Below are positions 9,834-19,830 of a stretch of DNA of 61,651 bases, piece after piece. The position numbers were made by a program, and so were the translations under genes. The notes beneath the pieces were generated by a model that saw only the letters and a program-made list of their open reading frames with translations, did not search any database and was not told the DNA's origin. Position 1 is the first letter of the stretch. Each line of letters starts with the position of its first letter. The DNA comes from a virus (taxonomy: Duplodnaviria; Caudoviricetes): IMG/VR virus record IMGVR_UViG_3300044448_003018, positions 1 to 61,651 of that record. One strand, written 5' to 3'.

Positions 9834-12068
9834 TTATGATTTTAATAATTCTACTTCTGCTTTTAATTCTTTTATAGCTTGTACTAATATTGGAACAAGT
9901 TTTCCGTAACTTAATTCAAGTTTGTCTGGGTTGCTATCATATACAAGTCTTAAAGTATCGTTGTCTAATTCTTTAACTTCTTGTGCTATAAATCCAAAAT
10001 CTTTTTTACCTTTATTAGCAGAATAAAATTCTTGTCCATCAGCGTTTGTTTCTGCTCTATTATCCCAAACAAATTCTCTTGGTTGTAAAGTATTAATAAA
10101 AGCAAGACCATAACTTAAATCCTTTATTTCAGATTTATCTCTTTCATCAGATAAAGAAGTTATAGATGTTACTGCACAACGTAAAGTTGCAACACTTGAA
10201 TTACCTAAAGTAACCTCATTAGAAGCAGAACTTGAACTTTCAAGGGCAGAATAACCAATATTAGTAATGTTTGCACCTGTTGCTGAACCTCTCCCTGTTG
10301 CAGCACCTATGTTTGTTCTAAAATATCCATTAGAATTTCCGTCATCAGCTTGCCAACCAACAGCAGTATTATGTGAGGCTGCAGTTTGGTCTTGTGCACC
10401 TAATGCTTCATAACCGATAGCGGTATTTCTTTGTCCTGTTGTTTCAGCGTCTAATGCTCTAAAACCAACTACAGTATTATCATTACCACTTGTTTTAGCT
10501 CTACCAGCCTCAAAACCAAGATAAGTATTATGACTGCCAGTATTATTTCTTCCAGCTTCATATCCAAGAGTAACATTAAAACCACCTGTAGTATTAGCAT
10601 ATCCAGACCTATAACCTACATTAGTATTATTAGTTCCAGAAGTTTGAGAAAAACCAGCTTGGTAACCTATTGAAATATGACCAGCAGCAGAATTAACTTT
10701 TGCAGTTTGATAACCAACACCAACAGACTGACCACCGCCACCACTATTTAAAGCTTCTCTACCTAAAGCTGCATTACTTCCACCACTATTTCCCCAACCA
10801 GATTGATAACCAACATATACAGAAGATGCCGAAGAACTAACTCTACCAGCTTCAAAACCAATAGCCACAGAATCTTGACCAGCTACTACATCAAAAGTAC
10901 CTTTACCTATACAAACATTTTTATTTTTAGAAGTATCACTAATAGCTTGACCAGCTCGGTAACCAAGTGTTGTATTTTCATTAGCAGTTGTAGCTGAAAA
11001 TCCAGCATCATTCCCAATAAAAGTATTTCTAATACCAGTTGTTAAACTTGCACCAGCATCTATACCCATTACAGTATTTCCTTGAGGGTTACCACTTAAC
11101 CCACTTGGTACTTCTCCTACATATAAAGATTCTGTATCAACTAAACAATCTGAAAGACCATTTAAGTCTGACGCACCACCACCACCTGCAGCTTTTAATA
11201 CAATACCACCTGAAGCAGTTTCATATGTAAGTACGTGACCATCTGTAGATCCAAGACCTGGTATTCTTAATAAAGAAACACTTCCATTACCTAAGGTAAT
11301 TTCATTAGAAGCAGCAGCAGCAGAACACTCGGCTGCATAACCTACAAGAGTAACATTTCTACCTGGTGCGTTAGTAGTACCTGCACTAGCTCCAAGTACA
11401 GTTATTTCTTTATCAGCCCCTACAGCTGTACCAGCTTGGTAACCAATAGCTGTATTAAGTATTTGAGTAGTAGAATTTAAAGCCTCATAACCAACAGCAG
11501 TACATGAATCTTGAGTTGTCACAGCGTTTAAAGCACCACCACCAATAGCTATATTATAACTACCTTCTGTTATACTCGAGGCCACTCCCCGTCCTATTGC
11601 TATATTAAATATACCTGTAGTTAAAGAATACAGACTTGATGATCCAACACCAACGTTTCTACTACCAGTAGTGGATCCAGAAACACCTTCTCCACTTTGA
11701 TAACCAATAAAAGTATTATCACCTCCAGTACAAAATGCTCCAGCTTTAAAACCAACGTTTACATTATGACGTGTTGTAGTGATTGAAGAACCAGCCTGAA
11801 AACCTATATTTGTGTTTCTAAATCCAGTAGTATTACTACTTCCAGCATCAATACCTAAAAATGTATTTCCTTCAGGATTACCTGATAATCCAGTAGGAAC
11901 AAACCCAGAATATAATGAAGGTGAAGTACCAGTATCAATTAAGTAAGGATAACCACTTAAATTACTAGGTGCTATTTTTTTCATTGTTGTGCCTTGATAA
12001 CCTACAAGAAAATCTACATTAGATGAATTTGTTTCTGTGGTGAAAGCTGAAAATTTTATATTTGCCAT
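9834..12068 (-). CDS. Tail fibre/spike with C-terminal intramolecular chaperone (peptidase S74-like)
   Basis: About 14-aa NTxxGxxAG beta repeats; C-terminal SDERDKSEIKDL...FGFIAQEV...coiled coil. Confidence 0.85.
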   Translation of the reverse strand: MANIKFSAFTTETNSSNVDFLVGYQGTTMKKIAPSNLSGYPYLIDTGTSPSLYSGFVPTGLSGNPEGNTFLGIDAGSSNTTGFRNTNIGFQAGSSITTTRHNVNVGFKAGAFCTGGDNTFIGYQSGEGVSGSTTGSRNVGVGSSSLYSLTTGIFNIAIGRGVASSITEGSYNIAIGGGALNAVTTQDSCTAVGYEALNSTTQILNTAIGYQAGTAVGADKEITVLGASAGTTNAPGRNVTLVGYAAECSAAAASNEITLGNGSVSLLRIPGLGSTDGHVLTYETASGGIVLKAAGGGGASDLNGLSDCLVDTESLYVGEVPSGLSGNPQGNTVMGIDAGASLTTGIRNTFIGNDAGFSATTANENTTLGYRAGQAISDTSKNKNVCIGKGTFDVVAGQDSVAIGFEAGRVSSSASSVYVGYQSGWGNSGGSNAALGREALNSGGGGQSVGVGYQTAKVNSAAGHISIGYQAGFSQTSGTNNTNVGYRSGYANTTGGFNVTLGYEAGRNNTGSHNTYLGFEAGRAKTSGNDNTVVGFRALDAETTGQRNTAIGYEALGAQDQTAASHNTAVGWQADDGNSNGYFRTNIGAATGRGSATGANITNIGYSALESSSSASNEVTLGNSSVATLRCAVTSITSLSDERDKSEIKDLSYGLAFINTLQPREFVWDNRAETNADGQEFYSANKGKKDFGFIAQEVKELDNDTLRLVYDSNPDKLELSYGKLVPILVQAIKELKAEVELLKS

Positions 12069-12085
12069 TTTATATTTTTATTTAT

Positions 12086-12259
12086 TTAAGGTGCTATTTC
12101 TTGTACCATGAAATTAGTACCAACTTCTGTTATACATTTATCTCCATTTTCTGCTAATACAAAAAATGTAACAGGGCTAGGACCTCCACCACCTTGTATA
12201 GTTAATGGGACTGCTAATATTGCGTTAGCATTAGCTAACATACTTGGTCCACCTGGCAT
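12086..12259 (-). CDS. Small hypothetical protein, 57 aa (MPGGPSMLANAN...)
   Basis: Fills the gap between structural genes; not in the ORF track. Confidence 0.6.
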   Translation of the reverse strand: MPGGPSMLANANAILAVPLTIQGGGGPSPVTFFVLAENGDKCITEVGTNFMVQEIAP

Positions 12260-12260
12260 A

Positions 12261-12761
12261 CTAGTATAGTGCTAAGATTTCGCTACAAGTTGTACCAGTT
12301 CCAAAAACTCTTACTACTTGTAAAGGAATAAATGATGAATCAGGGACATTAGTTAATGTAACATCGTCTCCTGAAGCTGTTAAAACTCTTAATGTAGATC
12401 CTGCTCCTCCAGTTCCTACAAATAAAGTAAAAGAAGTTTTACCATCTTGATTTGGAGAGTATATGTTGTAAGCACCTGCGGCAGTAGAGCCTGTCGTTTT
12501 TACAGTGGTTGGTGCAGTTACACCCAATATAGTGTTTATCGCACCGGGAAAAGCACCTGTATAACTTTGATAAATAATACCGCCTGTTACATTGTATCCG
12601 TTAGCGTTAGTTACTGAAGGTGTAAAATTTTGACCAGCATCTGTTAAAACATTTGAGCCTCCACTTGAGTTAGTTCCAGTTGTTAAAATACCAGGTTGTG
12701 GTATATTTATTGTATCACTTGGAACTACAAACAGTGAACTATGTGGTTGATTATTTGCCAT
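12261..12761 (-). CDS. Putative virion structural protein
   Basis: 166 aa, G/T-rich beta protein ending VVRVFGTGTT. Confidence 0.6.
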   Translation of the reverse strand: MANNQPHSSLFVVPSDTINIPQPGILTTGTNSSGGSNVLTDAGQNFTPSVTNANGYNVTGGIIYQSYTGAFPGAINTILGVTAPTTVKTTGSTAAGAYNIYSPNQDGKTSFTLFVGTGGAGSTLRVLTASGDDVTLTNVPDSSFIPLQVVRVFGTGTTCSEILALY

Positions 12762-12767
12762 TATTTT

Positions 12768-13223
12768 TTATTTTTTAAATATATTTGTTGCTTTTTCTGT
12801 CGTGCGTCCGCCAAAATAGGCTAAGACAACGGCCATCATGACCTTCTCGAAAGTGTCATTCCATAATGCATTTATTTGAAATGGTATACTTTCAACACTG
12901 TCTAATATACCAGCTAGCGAGAAAATAGTAATACACCACACTAAAACTAGTGGGCGTACATTTTTCGACATCCAAGAATCAGACATAGAATCCGCTTGCC
13001 AACGAGTTGTTATAGCTTCTATTTCTTTATTCTGTTGTTCGTATATTAATTGTTGTAATTTTATTTTGTCATCATTAGAAACATCTGCTTTAGTTATTTC
13101 AGCAATAGCTTCTTGTGGTGACATCACGCCTTGGAGTACATTCCCCAGTGTAGGATTTATAACTGATGCAGCTCCGAATAAAAGCTTTCCAACAGTTGTA
13201 TCTTTAAATTTCTTTTTAGGCAT
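12768..13223 (-). CDS. Holin (3TM, GTA-holin-like)
   Basis: RWQADSMSDSWMSKNVRP, TM segments, YFGGRTTEK. Confidence 0.7.
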   Translation of the reverse strand: MPKKKFKDTTVGKLLFGAASVINPTLGNVLQGVMSPQEAIAEITKADVSNDDKIKLQQLIYEQQNKEIEAITTRWQADSMSDSWMSKNVRPLVLVWCITIFSLAGILDSVESIPFQINALWNDTFEKVMMAVVLAYFGGRTTEKATNIFKK

Positions 13224-13530
13224 TTTTATAAGCCTCGTCTTCCCAAGGCAGATTTTTTGCTCCTTCGTTCATTTTAGATCTTGGATAAACTTTACCTTTC
13301 CAGTAAACGTTTTTATCGTCATAATCAAGATCACCACGTTTCATTTGGTCTATATGAACCATTTCGTGCTTAACTACTTTATCAAGCATTTTAGGATCTA
13401 CATCTTTGTTTATAATAATTGTACCATTATTATTGGCTTTACCCATAACATTGTCTTCCATATCTACGTGATATATTGGAGTACTAAATAATTTTTTATC
13501 GTATGGAGGATTATTTAATTTAAAAGCCAT
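13216..13530 (-). CDS. Small zincin-like metallopeptidase
   Basis: HEMVH motif plus downstream PWEDEAY; 104 aa. Confidence 0.65.
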   Translation of the reverse strand: MAFKLNNPPYDKKLFSTPIYHVDMEDNVMGKANNNGTIIINKDVDPKMLDKVVKHEMVHIDQMKRGDLDYDDKNVYWKGKVYPRSKMNEGAKNLPWEDEAYKNA

Positions 13531-13531
13531 A

Positions 13532-13687
13532 TTATTTTTTGTAAGGAAACAATTTATTTAATGCTCCTTTTCTGGCTTCACAACCGCAAGGGATGTTTAG
13601 TCCCTTGCTCATTGTGTCAACCATTTTCTTAATGCCTGTAGCTTTAGTAAACTTCTCTACGCTGTCTCCTAAACCTGTAGACTTCAT
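13532..13687 (-). CDS. Small protein, 51 aa (MKSTGLGDSVEKFTKATG...PCGCEARKGALN)
   Basis: Clean ORF in the operon with a GLGD...CGC..R...LN pattern; not in the ORF track. Confidence 0.7.
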   Translation of the reverse strand: MKSTGLGDSVEKFTKATGIKKMVDTMSKGLNIPCGCEARKGALNKLFPYKK

Positions 13688-13689
13688 AA

Positions 13690-14082
13690 TTATGCGTATG
13701 TAGCTCCGCTAAAATATAATTGCTTTGGAGTAGCCGCTTGATCTTTTGGTAAAGATACTGTAGATACAACACCACCTGGATTAGCTGTTAAAGCTTTAAT
13801 AGCCGCGTCGTAAATTACATTTGCTTTTCCATTTACTAAAGTTGGATCTGTAGTAGCTACAGTGTCAGCAAAAACTCCAAAAGTAATTGTTTTTGGGTTA
13901 GTTGCACTACCAGCTCCTACTGATTCTTTCATACTTATAACTAAAGTTTTAGTATTTTGTCCGTTTCCACCAGTAGCAGCTATTTTTGCAATATTATCAA
14001 CGTTTATTAGTACATCATAAGATGGACCAAAAGGCTGAGTTGCAGCTGTATTGATGCAAGGAAATTTAATAAATTTTGCCAT
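13690..14082 (-). CDS. Hypothetical, likely virion protein
   Basis: 130 aa, A-rich leader. Confidence 0.7.
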   Translation of the reverse strand: MAKFIKFPCINTAATQPFGPSYDVLINVDNIAKIAATGGNGQNTKTLVISMKESVGAGSATNPKTITFGVFADTVATTDPTLVNGKANVIYDAAIKALTANPGGVVSTVSLPKDQAATPKQLYFSGATYA

Positions 14083-14150
14083 TTTGTTTTTGTTTTTGGT
14101 TTTGTTAATGTTTATGTTTGACTAGGTTTATACAGTCCTATCTGTTTGTT

Positions 14151-14591
14151 TTAATTTCTAGGATCGTTATCTCCAAATTGATTTTTAATAGCTCTAGCTA
14201 ATTTTCCGAATCCTCTTAGTTTTTCCTTTTCTTCTTTGGGCTTGTTTTTATTAGCTTCTGCTTCAGCTTTTAGTCTAGCTAAATTAGCTTGACCTTTTGC
14301 TAATTTTGCTGCATTTTCTTTTTTTAATCTGGCTTTACGTTCAGCTGGTGTTTCAGTGTTTTTAGCAGGTGAATCATAACCCATTTCAGCTGGACTGTGC
14401 CCCATGTGTAAAGCTGACTTTGAATGCTTAGACATCCATGAACCAGAAGCGTGCTTAGCTACTGGGTTATCATGTAATAAGTTGTATTTTTCTTGTTTTG
14501 CAGACTCCATTTTCATAGCTGAATCTTTGTGACCCATTTTCATAGCTGAGTCTTTGTGTCCCATTTTGTTTGGTGATTTTCCGTAAGGCAT
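14151..14591 (-). CDS. Small basic low-complexity protein with SP-motif repeats
   Basis: KMGHKDSAM tandem repeat; several SPA motifs. Confidence 0.7.
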   Translation of the reverse strand: MPYGKSPNKMGHKDSAMKMGHKDSAMKMESAKQEKYNLLHDNPVAKHASGSWMSKHSKSALHMGHSPAEMGYDSPAKNTETPAERKARLKKENAAKLAKGQANLARLKAEAEANKNKPKEEKEKLRGFGKLARAIKNQFGDNDPRN

Positions 14592-14617
14592 AATATTATT
14601 TTTTAAGTTGTTTAATT

Positions 14618-14896
14618 TTAAAAGCAGTGTTTAGCCGCTGGTGATCCATGATGTTTTTTGTCATATTTCATATCGCCTGCTAATTTAGAAATATGCTTTT
14701 CATCAGCAGTCATTTTTTCATCGCTATGCCCGTGGTGATCATCGTAAAGAACATCACGTTTCAAATAATCGATATGTGCAGCATCATCTTTTACTGATGC
14801 TTTGTAGTTTTCTTTTGTAACTTTAGTATGCGCATGATCTATAGACCACTTGGCGTTACCTGTGTATTTTCCGTAATGTCCTTTATGCATTCCCAT
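14618..14896 (-). CDS. His-rich small protein
   Basis: 92 aa with many H/D/K residues. Confidence 0.7.
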   Translation of the reverse strand: MGMHKGHYGKYTGNAKWSIDHAHTKVTKENYKASVKDDAAHIDYLKRDVLYDDHHGHSDEKMTADEKHISKLAGDMKYDKKHHGSPAAKHCF

Positions 14897-15332
14897 CTTG
14901 TTTTTTTTCTTTATTTGCTTTATTTATTGCTGCTATATAGTCTTCTTTATTCATACCATATTTAACAGTAAACTCATTATCTGGTAAATTTTTGTAATCT
15001 TGGTATTTTTTATTTTGTCTTTCAGTTTTTATACTAGTTTTAGCCCCAGAAACTATATCATCTTGTAATTGTTTAAAAGCATTTCTGTTTGAAACATAAA
15101 CCATACCATCTGCACCTGAACTATATGCACCTTGAAAAGGAGAAGTTGATCTGTGTGATTTATTTGCTTCCTTAGCTTGATCTAAAAGCTCTACAACTTT
15201 AGGATTGTCATAATCTGGAGCATCGTCTCTACCACTTGATTCCTTAGAAAGTCTCATTGCTTCTTCTTTTAATTTTTCTCCATGCTTATAAAGTGGAGAT
15301 TTTTTCATAAATGCTGATCCAAATTTTGTCAT
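14883..15332 (-). CDS. Hypothetical protein (SP-motif family)
   Basis: 149 aa; KKSPLYK and TSPFQG. Confidence 0.7.
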   Translation of the reverse strand: MTKFGSAFMKKSPLYKHGEKLKEEAMRLSKESSGRDDAPDYDNPKVVELLDQAKEANKSHRSTSPFQGAYSSGADGMVYVSNRNAFKQLQDDIVSGAKTSIKTERQNKKYQDYKNLPDNEFTVKYGMNKEDYIAAINKANKEKKQDGNA

Positions 15333-15335
15333 AAC

Positions 15336-15536
15336 TTATTTTTTTGAACAACCAAAGTTTTTAGCGTAGTTAGCCATTTTAACAACTTCTTCGCTGTATT
15401 TATCTTTCTTAGCCATAACAGCTGAAGCGGCTGAACAAGCATCTTTAAAGCCGTTCTTTTTAGCCCAAGCCGTAAACTTGCCTTTATTTTTTTCCTTTAT
15501 TTCAGGAAATTCTTTAAAAAATGGAGAATTATACAT
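15336..15536 (-). CDS. Small basic protein (SP-motif family)
   Basis: 66 aa, MYNSPFFK; NKGKFTAWAK. Confidence 0.7.
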   Translation of the reverse strand: MYNSPFFKEFPEIKEKNKGKFTAWAKKNGFKDACSAASAVMAKKDKYSEEVVKMANYAKNFGCSKK

Positions 15537-15754
15537 TATTTATATACTTTAGCTTTGCTGGTAATTGGTCCAGCTTCATATTTACATGGAAACTTTAATA
15601 CTTCCATGCCTGTAATACCAGAACTAGAACCCACAGCGTGAGGTCTACCTGTTTGATCTAATGGTCCGTCCCATATAGCGTTTTCACCTACAACTCCGTG
15701 TACGTTTTTAGACGCCATTGTTTTATTATAATTTGGATCTGTTTTATGCATCAT
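15536..15754 (-). CDS. Hypothetical protein
   Basis: 72 aa, coupled to the downstream gene. Confidence 0.7.
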   Translation of the reverse strand: MMHKTDPNYNKTMASKNVHGVVGENAIWDGPLDQTGRPHAVGSSSGITGMEVLKFPCKYEAGPITSKAKVYK

Positions 15755-15758
15755 TTTT

Positions 15759-16304
15759 TTATTTATTTATTTTAAACATCATAGGCGCGTTTACTGAGTT
15801 TTGTCTGTCAAATAAACTACCAAATACACCTCCTATAGCTGCTTGAGCTTGAGGATTAAAAATATTATTTAAACTAGAAAAACTAGGAGGTACATTTGTT
15901 AATTCTTCTTGTGGGTTTAAATCTATCATACCTCTTCTTCTCATTATTTCTGAATCACTACTAGCATCTTCTAATTTTTCACCTTCACCTAAAACATATT
16001 TATTACCTCCAGGCATATCATCATCTCTAGCTGTTGTTCTACCTGTTCTTTTACTATAGTAAAGATTATCATCACCTTGATAGTTTTCAAAACCTTTTGC
16101 AGCTATATCTCCATATTTAGAATATCCAAAATCTTGAATATTACTAGCATCTACTTGACCAGCGCTTAGTCCGCTTTGTAAAGCAGCTTTTTGTATAGCA
16201 CCTTTTCTTCTAATATCTTGCATTGTTTTTGAAGAAACTAAAGGACCGCTAATGTTTCCAATAGCTCCGGTCATGCCAGGTAAGTAAAAAGGGCTTTTGC
16301 TCAT
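15759..16304 (-). CDS. Hypothetical protein (SP-motif family)
   Basis: 181 aa, MSKSPFYL. Confidence 0.7.
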   Translation of the reverse strand: MSKSPFYLPGMTGAIGNISGPLVSSKTMQDIRRKGAIQKAALQSGLSAGQVDASNIQDFGYSKYGDIAAKGFENYQGDDNLYYSKRTGRTTARDDDMPGGNKYVLGEGEKLEDASSDSEIMRRRGMIDLNPQEELTNVPPSFSSLNNIFNPQAQAAIGGVFGSLFDRQNSVNAPMMFKINK

Positions 16305-16741
16305 CTTTGCTTGTCGTTGTTTACGTTATAAATGGCTTTTGTCATAACTTTGTCAGTATATGAATCACCATTAATTATTTTATTACGCCTACCAGTATTT
16401 ATATCTTCCTCGCCTAGCATTATTCTATATATTCTACTTATTAATTGCTTACCTTTGAAAGATACTTTATATATATGGTATTTTTGAGTGGATCTGTTTC
16501 TATGTCTCCATACAACTATCCAACCTTCTTTTAGCAGCCTGTTCCATCTGCGATTATCCCAACTGTATGAGTATACACCCATTTCAAAATCTTTTTTAGT
16601 AAAAAAATCTATACAGTCAAGATATATTAAAAGTTCTAGATCTGCATCATTTAAATTGTTGTTTTTACAAGCCCATTTTCTTATGATGCGATAGTGCTTC
16701 ATTAGGTTTAGTTCTCTAATGTCACTAGCATCTAGTCTCAT
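16301..16741 (-). CDS. Winged-helix (MarR-like) DNA-binding protein
   Basis: LNDADLELLIYL...RLLKEGWI...YKVSFKGK pattern. Confidence 0.55.
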   Translation of the reverse strand: MRLDASDIRELNLMKHYRIIRKWACKNNNLNDADLELLIYLDCIDFFTKKDFEMGVYSYSWDNRRWNRLLKEGWIVVWRHRNRSTQKYHIYKVSFKGKQLISRIYRIMLGEEDINTGRRNKIINGDSYTDKVMTKAIYNVNNDKQR

Positions 16742-16998
16742 ACTACAACGACAACGTCTGCAGATTTAATTACGTGATATGAATTATCACCAACTTCAAT
16801 TTTATGACCAGCATGACGATCAAAATATATAGTATCAGTTTCTTTGACACCAGCTACTTCTGCTCCAACAGACACTACATCTGCTTTTACATATCGTATA
16901 TCTTCACGTTGGTTTTCTGCAAGAAGTAAACCACCTTTCGTTTTGGTGGTTCCTTCTTTAATTTTGTTTATTATTAAGTTTCTACCTATTGCCTTCAT
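16738..16998 (-). CDS. groES: Co-chaperonin GroES
   Basis: TKGGLLL mobile loop, VVSVG, 86 aa, adjacent to groEL. Confidence 0.9.
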   Translation of the reverse strand: MKAIGRNLIINKIKEGTTKTKGGLLLAENQREDIRYVKADVVSVGAEVAGVKETDTIYFDRHAGHKIEVGDNSYHVIKSADVVVVV

Positions 16999-18538
16999 CT
17001 ATTCTTAAATTATTGATTACACAATCAGTAGACAATATTGTTGTTGCTACAGAAGCTGCATTTTGAAGAGCGCTCTTGGTGACAAGTAGTGGATCTATAA
17101 TACCTGACTTGATCATATTTACCATTTTTCCTGTAACCACATTGTAGCCTTGTCCTTTTCTAACGGGTGTTTCTACGTTGTCAACACCTGCATTTTCAAG
17201 TATTGTTTTATAAGGTGCTTTAATAGCTTCTAGTAAAACTGTTTCACCAATAGACTTAGCATTAATATTTGTAGCAGCGTTTAATAGAGCAATACCACCA
17301 CCAGGAACAATCCCTTCTTTAATAGCAGCTTTAGTAGCGCAGATAGCATCTTCAACTCTATCTGTCTTTTCTTTTAATTCTATTTCTGAATTAGCACCTA
17401 CTTTTACAATAGCTATTTTAGCTGATAGCATTGCTAATCTTTTTTCAAGTTTAACAAGTTTGTTTGGATTTTTTTCTTCTAAAAGTTTTTCTTTTATATC
17501 CTGTATAACCTTATTAATTTCTTCTGTGCTTTCGTTTATTTGCAATATTGTGTCTTCATGTGATGTTACACTTTTCAAGCATGTACCTAAATGATCTGGC
17601 TGTATCATATTCATGTCATCACCTAGATCTTCATTTATAATGGTAGCACCAGTAAGCATAGATAAATCTTGTAGCATTTGCTGTTTGTTTATACCGTACA
17701 TAGGCGCGTCAATCACATTGACTTTAATGTTACCTTTTGTTTTATTCATAGCTAGAGCTGATAAAACACCTTGTTCTAAGTCGCCTATAATAAGCAAAGG
17801 TTTATTGTTTTTTATTACATACTCTAGCACAGACTGTATCTGTCTGATAGTATCTACTGGTGATTCTAATAATAAAACAAGAGGTTTTTCTAATTCTGCA
17901 GTCTTACTAGCTTTGTTAGTAATAAAATGAGAATTTTTTAGCCCTTTTTCATATTGAACACCATCAACAACCTCTACACATGTTTTACCATCTGATGAGG
18001 TTTCCATCATAACAACGCCTGTGTTGTCAACTGCTCTGAAAGCATCTGCTATTATTTTACCAAGTGCAGGTTCGTTGTTAGTCGATATTGTAGCTATTTG
18101 ATCTATCATTTGACCTTTTACATCAACTGATAATGATTTTAAATACTTAACTACTTTTTTAACTGATTCGTTAATACCGTCTTTTAACTCTCTTGAGTTT
18201 GTTTTATCTACTACTTTATAAGCTTCGAGTAATATAGCATGTGCTAATACTGTAGCTGTTGTAGTTCCATCTCCTGCTTCTTGTACGGTTTTACGTGCTG
18301 CTTCTTTTAAAAGCGTTGCACCCATGTTTTCCACTGGATCTCGCAGTATTATTGAATCTGCGACTGTTACACCATCTTTTGTGATTATTGGTCTTCCAGT
18401 ATGATCTTCTAACATAACGCATTTGCCGCTAGCTCCGAGTGTAGAGCTAACAGCGTGCGTTAATTTTTCAATTCCTTTAAATACATTATCTCTGGCTTGG
18501 TCACCAAAGTTAAGATTCTTGACTATTAAGTCTGACAT
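16982..18538 (-). CDS. groEL: Chaperonin GroEL
   Basis: [33 protein letters not shown]; lacks the GGM tail. Confidence 0.97.
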   Translation of the reverse strand: MSDLIVKNLNFGDQARDNVFKGIEKLTHAVSSTLGASGKCVMLEDHTGRPIITKDGVTVADSIILRDPVENMGATLLKEAARKTVQEAGDGTTTATVLAHAILLEAYKVVDKTNSRELKDGINESVKKVVKYLKSLSVDVKGQMIDQIATISTNNEPALGKIIADAFRAVDNTGVVMMETSSDGKTCVEVVDGVQYEKGLKNSHFITNKASKTAELEKPLVLLLESPVDTIRQIQSVLEYVIKNNKPLLIIGDLEQGVLSALAMNKTKGNIKVNVIDAPMYGINKQQMLQDLSMLTGATIINEDLGDDMNMIQPDHLGTCLKSVTSHEDTILQINESTEEINKVIQDIKEKLLEEKNPNKLVKLEKRLAMLSAKIAIVKVGANSEIELKEKTDRVEDAICATKAAIKEGIVPGGGIALLNAATNINAKSIGETVLLEAIKAPYKTILENAGVDNVETPVRKGQGYNVVTGKMVNMIKSGIIDPLLVTKSALQNAASVATTILSTDCVINNLRIDEGNR

Positions 18539-18557
18539 AATTTAATTTGATTTAATT

Positions 18558-18668
18558 TTATTTAAAAAGACTTATAATTCCTAATATTGCTAAACTATAA
18601 GTTAGTATTGTTGTTAATACTCCTATAATACCTATAGTCATAACAACACTTGGTTTTAGTTTTTTCAT
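18558..18668 (-). CDS. Small single-TM membrane peptide, 36 aa
   Basis: MKKLKPSVVMTIGIIGVLTTILTYSLAILGIISLFK, ATGA overlap with the upstream gene. Confidence 0.5.
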   Translation of the reverse strand: MKKLKPSVVMTIGIIGVLTTILTYSLAILGIISLFK

Positions 18669-18949
18669 TCAAAAGTTTTTACTACTTTAGGTCCTTTCAA
18701 GTATTCTAGCTTTTTAGTGTAGTGTTCTACAGAGCTATCAATTGCTTGTTCAGCGCCTTCAATAGTTTCTCGTCTTGTAACGTCGGCCCACTCGTCTTCT
18801 AGAGTGTGGTGTTCGGTTTGATAAAAGCCATTTGGTAGTTGCACTATACGCCAGTTTTTCTTTTCAGCTACATGCTCCCATAATTGTCTGGTTTCATCGG
18901 ATACTTGTGGTTGACTAGACCACGAATTAGTCTGATAATAAATTGTCAT
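18665..18949 (-). CDS. Hypothetical protein
   Basis: 94 aa, first gene after a promoter-like motif. Confidence 0.75.
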   Translation of the reverse strand: MTIYYQTNSWSSQPQVSDETRQLWEHVAEKKNWRIVQLPNGFYQTEHHTLEDEWADVTRRETIEGAEQAIDSSVEHYTKKLEYLKGPKVVKTFE

Positions 18950-19007
18950 TGGTTTTGGTTTTTATGTTATTATTGGTTTGCACTTTCCCGTGCCGGGTAT
19001 ATTTTAT

Positions 19008-19035
19008 ATACTTACTTGGTTTTAGTGAATTTTAC
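19008..19035 (-). promoter_or_regulatory. Putative middle/late promoter GTAAAA-N14-GTAAGTAT
   Basis: Copy of the repeated bipartite motif upstream of the groEL operon. Confidence 0.6.
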
Positions 19036-19490
19036 TATGAGTATATTTTTATCTCTATATAAACTTCGTTTAACCCTTCAGCCGCAGCTCCTGTAGTGCC
19101 ATCATAGTTTTGAAGATCTAATTCTGTTTCAAGACTCCAAGAAAGTTTTTGATAATCATTTCCACCACCACTACCAGCAGTAAACCAAACCTTTTGCTCT
19201 GGCGCAACGCCTCCTGTTATAGTTGCTACGTATTTGCCAACACCAGTTCTAGCCCATGCGATTGTAAGACCTGTGTCATTTGCTAATAAATTAATTGTTG
19301 GTTGGCTACCGCCAGCTCCACTAGAAGCATTTAATCTAGCTGCATATGAATTGTATCCTAAAGTTACTTGCTTTGCTATACTTCCTACTGTAGCTGTTTT
19401 AGTTGAATTAGGCGTAGTCGATACGTCTGTTATTACAACTAGATCACCATCTTGTGGAGTTACTGTAGGATATGAATTAATTATTGCCAT
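19035..19490 (-). CDS. Putative virion structural/tail-associated protein
   Basis: 151 aa, beta-rich (RTGVGKY, VYIEIKIY). Confidence 0.6.
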   Translation of the reverse strand: MAIINSYPTVTPQDGDLVVITDVSTTPNSTKTATVGSIAKQVTLGYNSYAARLNASSGAGGSQPTINLLANDTGLTIAWARTGVGKYVATITGGVAPEQKVWFTAGSGGGNDYQKLSWSLETELDLQNYDGTTGAAAEGLNEVYIEIKIYS

Positions 19491-19496
19491 ATTTGC

Positions 19497-19742
19497 TTAA
19501 TTTTTTTCTACTCTGTTTGTTTCTGGATTATAAGTATGTGTATGAGGTGTAGTACCGGCTCTATCGTGAGCACGCTCTCCAGCTGTCATTGTATTTCTTT
19601 TCTGACCTTCTGCTGTTAGTGTACCATCTGGGTTCATATGCCCGCGTTTTTTTAATAATGCATAGGCAAAACCTTTATCACCTACTTGAGCTATCAATCT
19701 TTTTACTAATTGATTACGACCCATGAACTTTTGTGTCTCCAT
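19497..19742 (-). CDS. Hypothetical protein
   Basis: 81 aa, first gene of the leftward arm. Confidence 0.7.
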   Translation of the reverse strand: METQKFMGRNQLVKRLIAQVGDKGFAYALLKKRGHMNPDGTLTAEGQKRNTMTAGERAHDRAGTTPHTHTYNPETNRVEKN

Positions 19743-19752
19743 ATATCTATAT

Positions 19753-19780
19753 ATACTTACAGATAAAGTGAAAAACTTAC
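19753..19780 (-). promoter_or_regulatory. Putative middle/late promoter GTAAGT-N14-GTAAGTAT
   Basis: Copy of the repeated bipartite motif at the head of the leftward arm. Confidence 0.55.
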
Positions 19781-19785
19781 AAAAC

Positions 19786-19830
19786 GTGACAATAGCCTGT
19801 TACTTATATACCTTATAAGGCTTATGTCAC
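19786..19830. promoter_or_regulatory. Palindromic site A: GTGACAATAGCC-N21-GGCTTATGTCAC
   Basis: Imperfect inverted repeat; second copy with identical spacing at 26431-26475. Confidence 0.7.

Noticed and set aside
14118-14142. Possible pseudoknot TAGGACTGTATAAACCTAGTC on the minus strand
   Set aside because: The two candidate stems overlap or have zero-length loops and are too short to support without comparative data.
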